A stretch of DNA of 64,000 nt from an uncultured Lachnospiraceae bacterium (GTDB taxonomy: Bacteria; Bacillota; Clostridia; Lachnospirales; Lachnospiraceae): the NCBI GenBank assembly GCA_945919795.1, contig CAMEJJ010000014.1, positions 4,440-68,439 on the forward strand, given 5' to 3'. The notes beneath the pieces were generated by a model. That model was not told where the DNA came from and did no database searches. It was given only the letters and a program-made list of their open reading frames with translations. Shown here piece by piece: positions 8,091-16,087 of the stretch. How positions within the stretch are numbered: the first letter of the stretch is position 1; each line of letters begins with the position of its first letter. The translations under genes were made by a program, and so were the position numbers.

Positions 8091-9449
8091 CTATATTTCC
8101 GCTTTGACGGCATCAATGAGAGACGCTTGGGTATTATCCTTTTCCGATAATGCCTTCATAATCTTTTCATCGATAGTTCCCTTTGAAATCAGATGGATAA
8201 TGGTAACTGTTCCCTCTGTCTGCCCTTGCCTGTACAATCTGCAGACACATTGCTGATACAATTCGAGTGACCAGGTAATTCCGAACCACACCATCGTGTT
8301 TCCACCCTGCTGAAGATTTAATCCGTGACCTGCAGATGCCGGGTGGATTAAAGCAACAGGGATTTCTCTGTTATTCCATTTGGTAATGCTCTCATCAGAA
8401 TCAATCTTCATATACTTGACTCCGATTTGGTTTAGTCTTGCTACGATTCTTTGGTAATCGTGCTTGAACCAATATGCCACAAGTATTGGTTTTCCATTAG
8501 CAGATTCAATGATATCCTCCAACGCATCCAGCTTTTTGTCATGGAAAGTAATTATGTTTTCATCATCTGTATAAACTGCTCCGTTAGCCATCTGTGACAG
8601 CTTGTTTACAAGAGATGCTGCATTTGTAGCTGTTACCTCATGTTCTGGAGTAGAAAGAATCAAATCCTTTTTCAGACTTTCATACTTGTCCATCTCAGTT
8701 TCATCCAGATACACGGGATATTCATTACTTATCAGTTCTGGCATATCCAGAAAATCAACTGCTTTCATGGAAATTGTGATGTCCTGAATCTTCTCATAAA
8801 TCTTCTCTTCTGCTCCCGGCAGTAACTTGTAACTGTAAACAATATTGCCGTTGACCTTATCTGGTCTGAAATAATTAAGTCTGTACTGACCAATAAACCT
8901 TCCAAGTCTCTGCCCCATATCAAGCACCTTAAATTCTGCAAAAAGGTCCATCAACCCTTGGCTTGCAGGTGTGCCTGTAAGACCTACGATTCTCTGAATC
9001 TGTGAACGAACTTTCATCAATGCTTTGTGTCTTGCCGTCTGATGGTTTTTGAAGGATGATAATTCATCAATCACAACCATATCAAACGAAAATGGAACTC
9101 CACTCCTATCTACAAGCCACGGAACATTTTCACGGTTTATGATGTAGATATCTGCATCTGCTGCCAGTGCCTTCTTTCTCTGCGTGGCAGTTCCTGTCAC
9201 AATGGAATAACTAAGGCCTTGTAACTGTTCCCACTTCTGTATCTCATCTCTCCATGTCCTTGTGACACGAAGGGGACAGATTACAAGCACCTTCGAAACT
9301 TCAAAAGTCTCATACATCAGATACTGAATTGCCATAAGTGTTATGGCTGTCTTTCCCATTCCCATATCAAGCAGAATGGCTGCAATGGGATTATTGGTTA
9401 TGAAATCTATCGCAAACTGCTGATAGTTATGTGGTTTGAATCTCATCAA
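8091..9449 (-). CDS. SNF2-family DEAD/DEAH helicase
   Basis: Walker A LDMGMGKT, DELSSF box, and the helicase C region QQCVCRLYRQGQ. Confidence 0.9.
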   Translation of the reverse strand: MMRFKPHNYQQFAIDFITNNPIAAILLDMGMGKTAITLMAIQYLMYETFEVSKVLVICPLRVTRTWRDEIQKWEQLQGLSYSIVTGTATQRKKALAADADIYIINRENVPWLVDRSGVPFSFDMVVIDELSSFKNHQTARHKALMKVRSQIQRIVGLTGTPASQGLMDLFAEFKVLDMGQRLGRFIGQYRLNYFRPDKVNGNIVYSYKLLPGAEEKIYEKIQDITISMKAVDFLDMPELISNEYPVYLDETEMDKYESLKKDLILSTPEHEVTATNAASLVNKLSQMANGAVYTDDENIITFHDKKLDALEDIIESANGKPILVAYWFKHDYQRIVARLNQIGVKYMKIDSDESITKWNNREIPVALIHPASAGHGLNLQQGGNTMVWFGITWSLELYQQCVCRLYRQGQTEGTVTIIHLISKGTIDEKIMKALSEKDNTQASLIDAVKAEI

Positions 9450-9708
9450 GGATACCTCCTATATCTTCTATGGCATCAAGGACATACACCTTAAAGCCTA
9501 ATTTCTGTAACAACTTGTGTCTGGACACCTGCAAAGGTCTCGGTTTCTCGCCCGGTGCTTTCACCTCCACCATCCCGAAATGCCTACCCGGTAAAAATAC
9601 CAATCTGTCTGGCATCCCATCAAAGGATGGGCAGACCCACTTAGGGCAGATGCCCCCTCGCTTTTTAACTTCACTCACTAATTTCTGTTCTATGGTCTTT
9701 TCTCTCAC
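9427..9708 (-). CDS. VRR-NUC domain nuclease
   Basis: GMPDRLVFLPGRHFGMVEVKAPGEKP (D..E.K). GTG start with GGGAGG upstream. Confidence 0.8.
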   Translation of the reverse strand: MREKTIEQKLVSEVKKRGGICPKWVCPSFDGMPDRLVFLPGRHFGMVEVKAPGEKPRPLQVSRHKLLQKLGFKVYVLDAIEDIGGILDEIQTT

Positions 9709-9925
9709 TGCGACCCTCCCATCAAAAATTCCAAGGAGTGACGGTCAAGAACCTCGTTTCCTAAACCTCTCTTATATAAAAATTTTTCTATTTTATCTCT
9801 ATAGAAAACTTTAGGAATAGACTATAACGACCATCACAAATGGCTTAAAATAAGGATTTGTGCAAATGCAAGCCAAACACAGAAAAGTTTGTATTTGACT
9901 TGCACCGACCTGCACCAACACAGGG

Positions 9926-12211
9926 TTAAATGAAATCACTTCCTGTTTTGAGTTTCACGCCATGCACAATTACACCTTTATTAGTTTTGCGTCTGTTATA
10001 TCCAGCCTTGTCCACTGCTGCATAAAAGTCTGTGGTGCTACGAATATACTCTCCATTCTGAATACAGTAAGCACGGTACTGCTGATAGAACTCTCCTGAC
10101 TTTTCCTCAAAGGAATCATCCACTTCACAACAGTCTGCAATGAAATGTCCGAGCCAGTCATTGTCCTCACGATAAGCTGCCACTGCATCCTTTACGCATT
10201 TAGGGTCATCTACCTTGTGGTCTGTTTTGCTTACTTTCTCTGCTCCCTCAATAATCCATTTCATGATTGCCGAGCCAGCTTTCTCATAAAGGTAATCTGC
10301 GTAGTTCTTAATATCAGAATTGCCTTTAATCTTAGCGTTGAATGGGATAACCTTTAATCTTCTCCAGATACCATCATCATTCGCCCCGACCTTTGGAAGG
10401 TGGTTCGTGTAAAGAACCACTTGATGAGACGGCACAAAGTGGAATGGGTCCTTGTACTTCTTACAGGCCTGTATTTCATCCGTGGAACAGAGCTGCTTTA
10501 CCATTGCCGTGTTAAGACGCACACCTTCCTGCATCTCGGATGCAATGATGAGTCTCTTTCCCTTAAGTTCTGCCATCTCCGGTTGGGCATTTACCTTGTT
10601 ACCCATCGTGAGAATATCCGATGAAATCTTACCGCTGTATGTACCGAGGACTCTTGCCACGGTATTCCAGAAGGTAGACTTTCCGTTTGCACCGTCACCA
10701 TATGCAATAATGATGAACTCCTCATACACCTTGCCAATGGCTGCAAGACCGATGACCTTCTGTACATATTCAATAAGTTCTGCATCTCCACAGAAGAAGG
10801 TATCAAGTGCTTCAAGCCAGATATCCATACCTTCATCTCCCGGCGAACATTCCGTGATTTTTGTAATAAGGTCAAGTGGGTCATGTGGCTGTTCTCCTGC
10901 TACTCCCTTTTCCAAGTTGTAGGTTGCTCTTGGTGTATTAAGAAGAACCGGGTCTTTATCAAGATCTGACACTCTGATGGTAAGCATTGACTTTGCAACA
11001 TTAAGTGCCGAAGTAATGTACTTGTAATCTCTGCGTTTCATGGAAAAAGCAAGATACTTTTCTGCCCCGACCAACATATAGAAGATGCCGAGATGCTCTG
11101 CCTTGATATCCTTTGCGATTGCCTTTGAACCCTGCTTAACAGCTGATTCATCATATCCGGCTTTCACTAGAGCCTTCTGTGCTTCTTCGATACAGTCCTT
11201 TGCATCCTGTAACTGCAAATCCAAAAACTCCACACAAGCACCAACAGCCATCTGCTTATCTTCCACCCACACTTCTCCGTCAAAGCGAATGAAGTCGGTC
11301 GCAGCTGTAAACTTAAGTTCATCTCCATACTCACGGGATAGCACTTTGGCTTGTCCGACATCTGAATAATCTTCTGGTTTCAGTGACCCCGGACCATCTC
11401 CAAAATCATTATTGTACTGGTCTGGCGGTACATAACCACTTCCGTTTGATACCTTATTTCTAAAAAACTTCAGAGCCGAGAACCATATGGTCTTTAACTC
11501 TGCATCCTCAAGAGGAGGGTCACACTTTGCTGCCTGTTCCAGGAAAACTTCATGTGCCTTATCACACTCGCCATATCTCTTAAGCACCTTACCTGCAAAA
11601 CGGGATAACGTATTGTTACGGCTACCTTCTGTAATGGGACCGTGGATTGAGCCTCTATCAAGTTCTTCATCATCTGCAGAAGTATCTTCTATATCAATGT
11701 CATCTGTAATTAGCATCCAGCCTTCATGCCATACAATCTCATCCGTTGTTGCACCGAAAAGAAATCTCGCCGCATCAAGGGCATTATCATCAAAGAACGA
11801 ATATGCTTTCTGAAGTGCCACCTTCATGGCTGTATATACCTTTGGGTCCTTACATACTTCAATAGGAAAGTACACATGGTATCTTGGTCTGGCTGACTTA
11901 CCGTCCTTTTCGAGCATATGATGACGACTTGGCACTAAAACATAATCGATACTACCGAAAAGTTCATCCATCTTATCCTCTGTAATCCAATCTGCAGGAT
12001 TTTCACTATGGTCGTTATCAATATCCATAGGAATAACATCTGACATTTGGAAGTTATCAATGTTTCTATAATTATTTTTGTATGTGGCACACACATGGTC
12101 ATGTGCAACTGCACCTTCCATTGTCATGGCATCGTCTACCAAAACCTTATGTGGATAGGAGCAATTGGCAGCCTTGCCAATACAATCTGCACTAAATAAT
12201 GTGAATTGCAT
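9926..12211 (-). CDS. Phage/plasmid primase-helicase, P4 family (primase-polymerase N-terminus plus D5-like ATPase)
   Basis: 761 aa with Walker A GDGANGKSTFWN and a C-terminal helicase/DNA-binding region typical of P4/D5 primases. Confidence 0.85.
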   Translation of the reverse strand: MQFTLFSADCIGKAANCSYPHKVLVDDAMTMEGAVAHDHVCATYKNNYRNIDNFQMSDVIPMDIDNDHSENPADWITEDKMDELFGSIDYVLVPSRHHMLEKDGKSARPRYHVYFPIEVCKDPKVYTAMKVALQKAYSFFDDNALDAARFLFGATTDEIVWHEGWMLITDDIDIEDTSADDEELDRGSIHGPITEGSRNNTLSRFAGKVLKRYGECDKAHEVFLEQAAKCDPPLEDAELKTIWFSALKFFRNKVSNGSGYVPPDQYNNDFGDGPGSLKPEDYSDVGQAKVLSREYGDELKFTAATDFIRFDGEVWVEDKQMAVGACVEFLDLQLQDAKDCIEEAQKALVKAGYDESAVKQGSKAIAKDIKAEHLGIFYMLVGAEKYLAFSMKRRDYKYITSALNVAKSMLTIRVSDLDKDPVLLNTPRATYNLEKGVAGEQPHDPLDLITKITECSPGDEGMDIWLEALDTFFCGDAELIEYVQKVIGLAAIGKVYEEFIIIAYGDGANGKSTFWNTVARVLGTYSGKISSDILTMGNKVNAQPEMAELKGKRLIIASEMQEGVRLNTAMVKQLCSTDEIQACKKYKDPFHFVPSHQVVLYTNHLPKVGANDDGIWRRLKVIPFNAKIKGNSDIKNYADYLYEKAGSAIMKWIIEGAEKVSKTDHKVDDPKCVKDAVAAYREDNDWLGHFIADCCEVDDSFEEKSGEFYQQYRAYCIQNGEYIRSTTDFYAAVDKAGYNRRKTNKGVIVHGVKLKTGSDFI

Positions 12212-12616
12212 CTATTTCTCCTCCTTCATGTCTTCACTAAAGTATTTAATTGTCATCTCTTTGCGTTCTGCATAAGCAATCTCACTTTGCATTCCGGCTG
12301 TCGGTTCTCCGAACACCCACAACTCCTTACATTTAGAAAGAATTGCTATATCCATGAACATTGCTAGGTCACGCTCTGTCTCTTCCTCCATAAATTGAGG
12401 AAGCAATAAATGTGGTGCTATAGGGATTGTTCCCTGATCCACGGCATATCTGCTATACTGCCTGGCTTTCTCTGTATTCCCTTCCACATCACCACTGTAA
12501 GGAGAACAGATATACACAATCGGTCTGTATCTTTTCTGCTCTCTTTCTATATTAGAAATTGCCTGGTATGGGACCGAGTCAGCATAGCCTTCTGGATTCG
12601 TATAAGCCACTCCCAT
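12212..12616 (-). CDS. Nucleoside 2-deoxyribosyltransferase-like superfamily protein (DUF4406/DUF1937-like)
   Basis: VYICSPYSGD..IPIAPHLL..CKELWVFGEPTAGMQSEI. It is the first gene of the leftward replication operon, with AGGAG 8 nt upstream. Confidence 0.5.
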   Translation of the reverse strand: MGVAYTNPEGYADSVPYQAISNIEREQKRYRPIVYICSPYSGDVEGNTEKARQYSRYAVDQGTIPIAPHLLLPQFMEEETERDLAMFMDIAILSKCKELWVFGEPTAGMQSEIAYAERKEMTIKYFSEDMKEEK

Positions 12617-12660
12617 AAGAACTGCTCCTTTCGTTAAATGGTAGGGATGAGTTTTCTATC

Positions 12661-12730
12661 CCTTCACAATCCAATGGACATATATTCATAAAATGGGCGG
12701 TATCTTTTTCAAAAAAATTGTTTCTTCCTA
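12661..12730 (-). repeat. Inverted copy of the ~72-bp promoter/operator-like repeat
   Basis: CCTTCACAATCCAATGGACAT..GGGCGG..TTTTTCAAAAAAATTGTTTCTTCC is the reverse complement of the unit repeated at 12903..13100. Confidence 0.8.
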
Positions 12731-12902
12731 TTAATAGTGAAAACAACATCCCTATGTAGCAAATAACATTCCATGTGCATTCCCACCTCCCTCACATTGC
12801 AATGTGGACTGCAACATAAAGCGACATCTGCAACATACCAAGCTTGCAGATGTCGTTTCTTCTATATAAATGAAAAATCCCTCCATAAATTTCTTCACTA
12901 TT

Positions 12903-13100
12903 TCCCCGCCCATTTCTCTTATCTGTGTCCATTGGTTAGTGAAAGACAAAAGGAACAGAAAAAGATTTTTCAAAAAGTTCCGCCCAAAACTGAAAATCAT
13001 GTCCATTGGATAGTGAAGGACAAAGGAACAGAAAAAAATTTCAAAAAGTTCCCGCCCAAAACTAAAAACCATGTCCATTGGTAAGTGAAAGGGCAAAAGA
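12903..13100 (+). repeat. Three tandem direct copies (periods 74 and 72 bp) of the promoter/operator-like repeat
   Basis: GTCCATTGG recurs at 12927, 13001 and 13073. Each is preceded by CCGCCCA(A/T)..  and followed by (T/A)(T/A)AGTGAA(A/G)G; GGAACAGAAAAA..TTCAAAAAGTTCC lies between units. Confidence 0.85.
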
Positions 13101-13124
13101 GTCATTCAGAAAGGAGTGTTAACG

Positions 13125-13325
13125 ATGGCAACAGCAAGAACTACTGACACTGATGCAATCAGAGATACGGATCTGGATAAGGAACTTGCAGATGTCCTTA
13201 TTGCAATAAGTGTCATCACAAGACAGCTTGCAAAGAAAATCAATGTAAATCTCATGAAAAAGGAGGACAACAAAGATGTACAAGCATTACGGACTGACGG
13301 GAGAGACCGTCAAAGTGAAACTTAA
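13125..13325 (+). CDS. Hypothetical phage protein
   Basis: MATARTTDTD..., with AAAGGAG 8 nt upstream. First gene of the rightward operon. Confidence 0.5.
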   Translation: MATARTTDTDAIRDTDLDKELADVLIAISVITRQLAKKINVNLMKKEDNKDVQALRTDGRDRQSET

Positions 13326-13530
13326 GAATGGTGATTCGGATAGATATCCGTGGCAAGGAATGACAGTTCCGGTGCTAATCACAGGCGAATATGAGAATTT
13401 TCTTGTTGGAGAGGTTCTTCCTCACTACGCACCACATGGCTTTGGATTATCTCATCCTTATCCAATAACCATCTGTAAGCATGACATACAGATTGGAGAA
13501 ATGATTATAAACGGAGGGTCAATCAGATGA
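13276..13530 (+). CDS. Hypothetical phage protein
   Basis: 84-aa ORF with AAGGAGG 9 nt upstream. It overlaps the previous ORF by 50 nt. Confidence 0.55.
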   Translation: MYKHYGLTGETVKVKLKNGDSDRYPWQGMTVPVLITGEYENFLVGEVLPHYAPHGFGLSHPYPITICKHDIQIGEMIINGGSIR

Positions 13531-13901
13531 AAAACACAGAAGTAGCATCATTATTCAAGACAATCGCAGACAGCTTTATGGCATTAAGCGAAATCTACTC
13601 TTCTGCTACAGAACAGACTGAGCAGCCTAAAGCTACAGCAAAGAAAGAAAAGCCTGTAAAAGTAAGTGAGCCAGCGCCTGCCACAGATACTCCGGCAGAG
13701 CCAGTAACCGAAGAAAAGACGTATAGCAAGGAAGATGTCAGAGCAATGCTCTCTCAGAAAGCCAAGATTGATGGCTGTAAGTACAAGGTAGAGGTTAAGG
13801 AACTCGTGGCCAAGTATTCTTCTGACGGTACGCTCACCAAGGTTCCAGAAGATAAGTATTCGAAACTTATGGCAGAGTTGGAGGTGGTCGGTAATGCCTA
13901 A
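13527..13901 (+). CDS. Hypothetical phage protein
   Basis: 124-aa ORF with an ATGA overlap with the upstream gene. Confidence 0.6.
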   Translation: MKNTEVASLFKTIADSFMALSEIYSSATEQTEQPKATAKKEKPVKVSEPAPATDTPAEPVTEEKTYSKEDVRAMLSQKAKIDGCKYKVEVKELVAKYSSDGTLTKVPEDKYSKLMAELEVVGNA

Positions 13902-15015
13902 ACACGCACTACTCTCTGCCTCGGCAAGTAAGCAATGGCTTAACTGCCCACCATCTGCCAAGTTATGTGCAGAACAGGAAGACCGGGCAAGTCCATATGC
14001 ACAGCAGGGAACGGATGCACATGAACTTTGTGAATATAAGGTTCTGTCTGCACTCGGGAAATCCGAGCGTGACCCGACTGAGAATCTCGAATTCTATGAT
14101 GCAGAAATGGAAAACTGCACGGAGGAATATCGCAACTTCGTATTAGAACAGCTTGAGGATGCCAAGAAACTCTGCAAAGACCCTATTGTCCTTGTGGAAC
14201 AGAGATTGGATTTTTCCAAATGGGTGCCAGAGGGTTTTGGAACCGGGGACTGTCTCATCGTTGCAGATGATGTTCTTCATATCATAGATTTCAAGTACGG
14301 ACTCGGTGTCTTGGTAGAGGCTGAACACAATCCACAGATGATGTGCTACGCACTCGGAGCCCTTGATATCTACGATGGCATTTATGATATCAAGATAGTC
14401 AAGATGACCATCTTTCAGCCAAGAAGGGACAATGTCTCTACTTGCACAATGGAAAAGGAAACACTCCTCACTTGGGCAGATACAATTCTTGCACCAACCG
14501 CCAAGTTAGCATATGCAGGCGAGGGAGAATTCAAAGCCGGGGACCATTGTACATTCTGCAAGGTCAAAGCTACCTGCCGTAAGCGAGCAGAATATAATCT
14601 TGAACTTGCTAAATATGATTTTGAGATGCCTGCCAACCTTGAAGATACAGAAATCGCAGCAATCCTGCCTAGAGTCGATAACCTTGTATCCTGGGTGAAT
14701 GACATCAAGGAATATGCACTTCAGAAAGCCTTAAGTGGTACGAAGTATGACGGCTACAAAGTAGTTGAGGGTAAATCAAACCGTAAGTACACGGACGAAG
14801 GTGCCGTTGCGTCAGCAGTAACAGATGCTGGGTTTGACCCCTATGAGAAGAAACTTCTCGGTATCACAGCAATGACTTCTCTTCTCGGAAAGACGAAGTT
14901 CAATGAACTCCTCGGTGACTTAATCGAAAAGCCACAGGGAAAACCAACACTTGTGCCAGAGACCGATAAACGTCCGGCACTCAACACAGCCAAAGATGAT
15001 TTCAAAGAAGAATAA
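13894..15015 (+). CDS. DUF2800-family PD-(D/E)XK (Cas4-like) nuclease
   Basis: LSASASKQWLNCPPSA N-terminus, DFKYG core and a C-terminal Cys cluster HCTFCKVKATCRKRA. Confidence 0.8.
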   Translation: MPKHALLSASASKQWLNCPPSAKLCAEQEDRASPYAQQGTDAHELCEYKVLSALGKSERDPTENLEFYDAEMENCTEEYRNFVLEQLEDAKKLCKDPIVLVEQRLDFSKWVPEGFGTGDCLIVADDVLHIIDFKYGLGVLVEAEHNPQMMCYALGALDIYDGIYDIKIVKMTIFQPRRDNVSTCTMEKETLLTWADTILAPTAKLAYAGEGEFKAGDHCTFCKVKATCRKRAEYNLELAKYDFEMPANLEDTEIAAILPRVDNLVSWVNDIKEYALQKALSGTKYDGYKVVEGKSNRKYTDEGAVASAVTDAGFDPYEKKLLGITAMTSLLGKTKFNELLGDLIEKPQGKPTLVPETDKRPALNTAKDDFKEE

Positions 15016-15028
15016 GGAGGACAAAATC

Positions 15029-15592
15029 ATGGCAATTATCACAAACCCTACTAAAGTTATCACAGGTGTTAACACAAGATGGTCTTACGCAAATGTGTGG
15101 GATCCAAAGGCAATCGATGGTGGAAAGCCTAAGTATTCGGTTTCCCTCATCATTCCGAAAGACGATGAAGTAACAGTCAACAAGATTAAGGCAGCCATTC
15201 AGGCAGCATACGAGGAAGGACAGTCAAAGCTTAAGGGCAACGGCAAGTCAGTACCACCTCTTTCTGCAATCAAGAACCCTTTGAGAGATGGGGATATCGA
15301 AAAGCCTGACGATGAGGCATACGCAGGTGCATACTTCGTAAATGCCAACTCCGCTACTGCTCCTGGTGTTGTGGATGCAGACAGACAGCCTATCATCGAG
15401 CGTTCAGAGGTTTACTCTGGTGTTTACGGCAGAGCATCCATCAACTTCTACGCATTCAATGTGAATGGCAACAGAGGAATTGCCTGTGGTCTCAATAATC
15501 TTCAGAAGATTAGAGATGGCGAGCCTCTTGGTGGTAAGGCAAGTGCAGAGTCTGATTTCGCAACAGAGGATGATGACGATTTCCTTTCTTAA
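15029..15592 (+). CDS. DUF2815-family ssDNA-binding protein
   Basis: Trimmed to MAIITNPTKVITG (AAGGAGG 8 nt upstream), with the acidic tail EDDDDFLS typical of SSBs. Confidence 0.75.
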   Translation: MAIITNPTKVITGVNTRWSYANVWDPKAIDGGKPKYSVSLIIPKDDEVTVNKIKAAIQAAYEEGQSKLKGNGKSVPPLSAIKNPLRDGDIEKPDDEAYAGAYFVNANSATAPGVVDADRQPIIERSEVYSGVYGRASINFYAFNVNGNRGIACGLNNLQKIRDGEPLGGKASAESDFATEDDDDFLS

Positions 15593-15663
15593 TCTGTAAC
15601 CATTAACCCGACTGGCAGTGGAATAACTGCTGCCAGTCACTTTTATGAAATGAGGAAAATCTA

Positions 15664-15840
15664 ATGACAAATATTGAACATTTAATGTTAACGATGTGCT
15701 TTGGCATGAATTTCGGATGGATGCTAGGTAGTGTCATAATCATAGTCACTGACGGTATCAAAGCCCTAAACAAAAAGCACAAAATCAAAAAAGAACAAAA
15801 AATCAATGAATACAAAGAAAGGATAGGTGACAATCTATGA
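15664..15840 (+). CDS. Small membrane protein (58 aa)
   Basis: Below the ORF-track size cut-off. My translation is MTNIEHLMLTMCFGMNFGWMLGSVIIIVTDGIKALNKKHKIKKEQKINEYKERIGDNL, with GAGGA 7 nt upstream. Confidence 0.5.
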   Translation: MTNIEHLMLTMCFGMNFGWMLGSVIIIVTDGIKALNKKHKIKKEQKINEYKERIGDNL

Positions 15841-16034
15841 CAATGGACATAATAAACACATTCATTAACCAAGCAATAGAATTTACATTATCAGCAGTCG
15901 TACTGATACTCTGTATCTTTGCTCTAGTAGCAGTATGGAAATGGCTTATTGGATTGTGTATCAAATTTATCCATTGGCTATGTCCAGGATTAAAAAAACA
16001 TAAACAAAATGACTCTTCAAACAAAGAGGAGTAA
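15837..16034 (+). CDS. Small membrane protein (65 aa)
   Basis: ATGA overlap with the previous small ORF. Hydrophobic core LSAVVLILCIFALVAVWKWLIGL. Confidence 0.5.
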   Translation: MTMDIINTFINQAIEFTLSAVVLILCIFALVAVWKWLIGLCIKFIHWLCPGLKKHKQNDSSNKEE

Positions 16035-16087
16035 CAATCAATGTGGCAGGTGTCTTATCTGCCACTTCTTTATAAAGGAGACAAAAA

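Noticed and set aside
12752-13105. ORF-track ORFs 12752..13105 (-) and 12773..13084 (+) in the divergent intergenic region
   Set aside because: Both lie entirely within the tandem/inverted repeat units. Their repeated peptides (PMDM.FSFGR) simply mirror the DNA repeats, neither has an RBS, and the composition is not protein-like.
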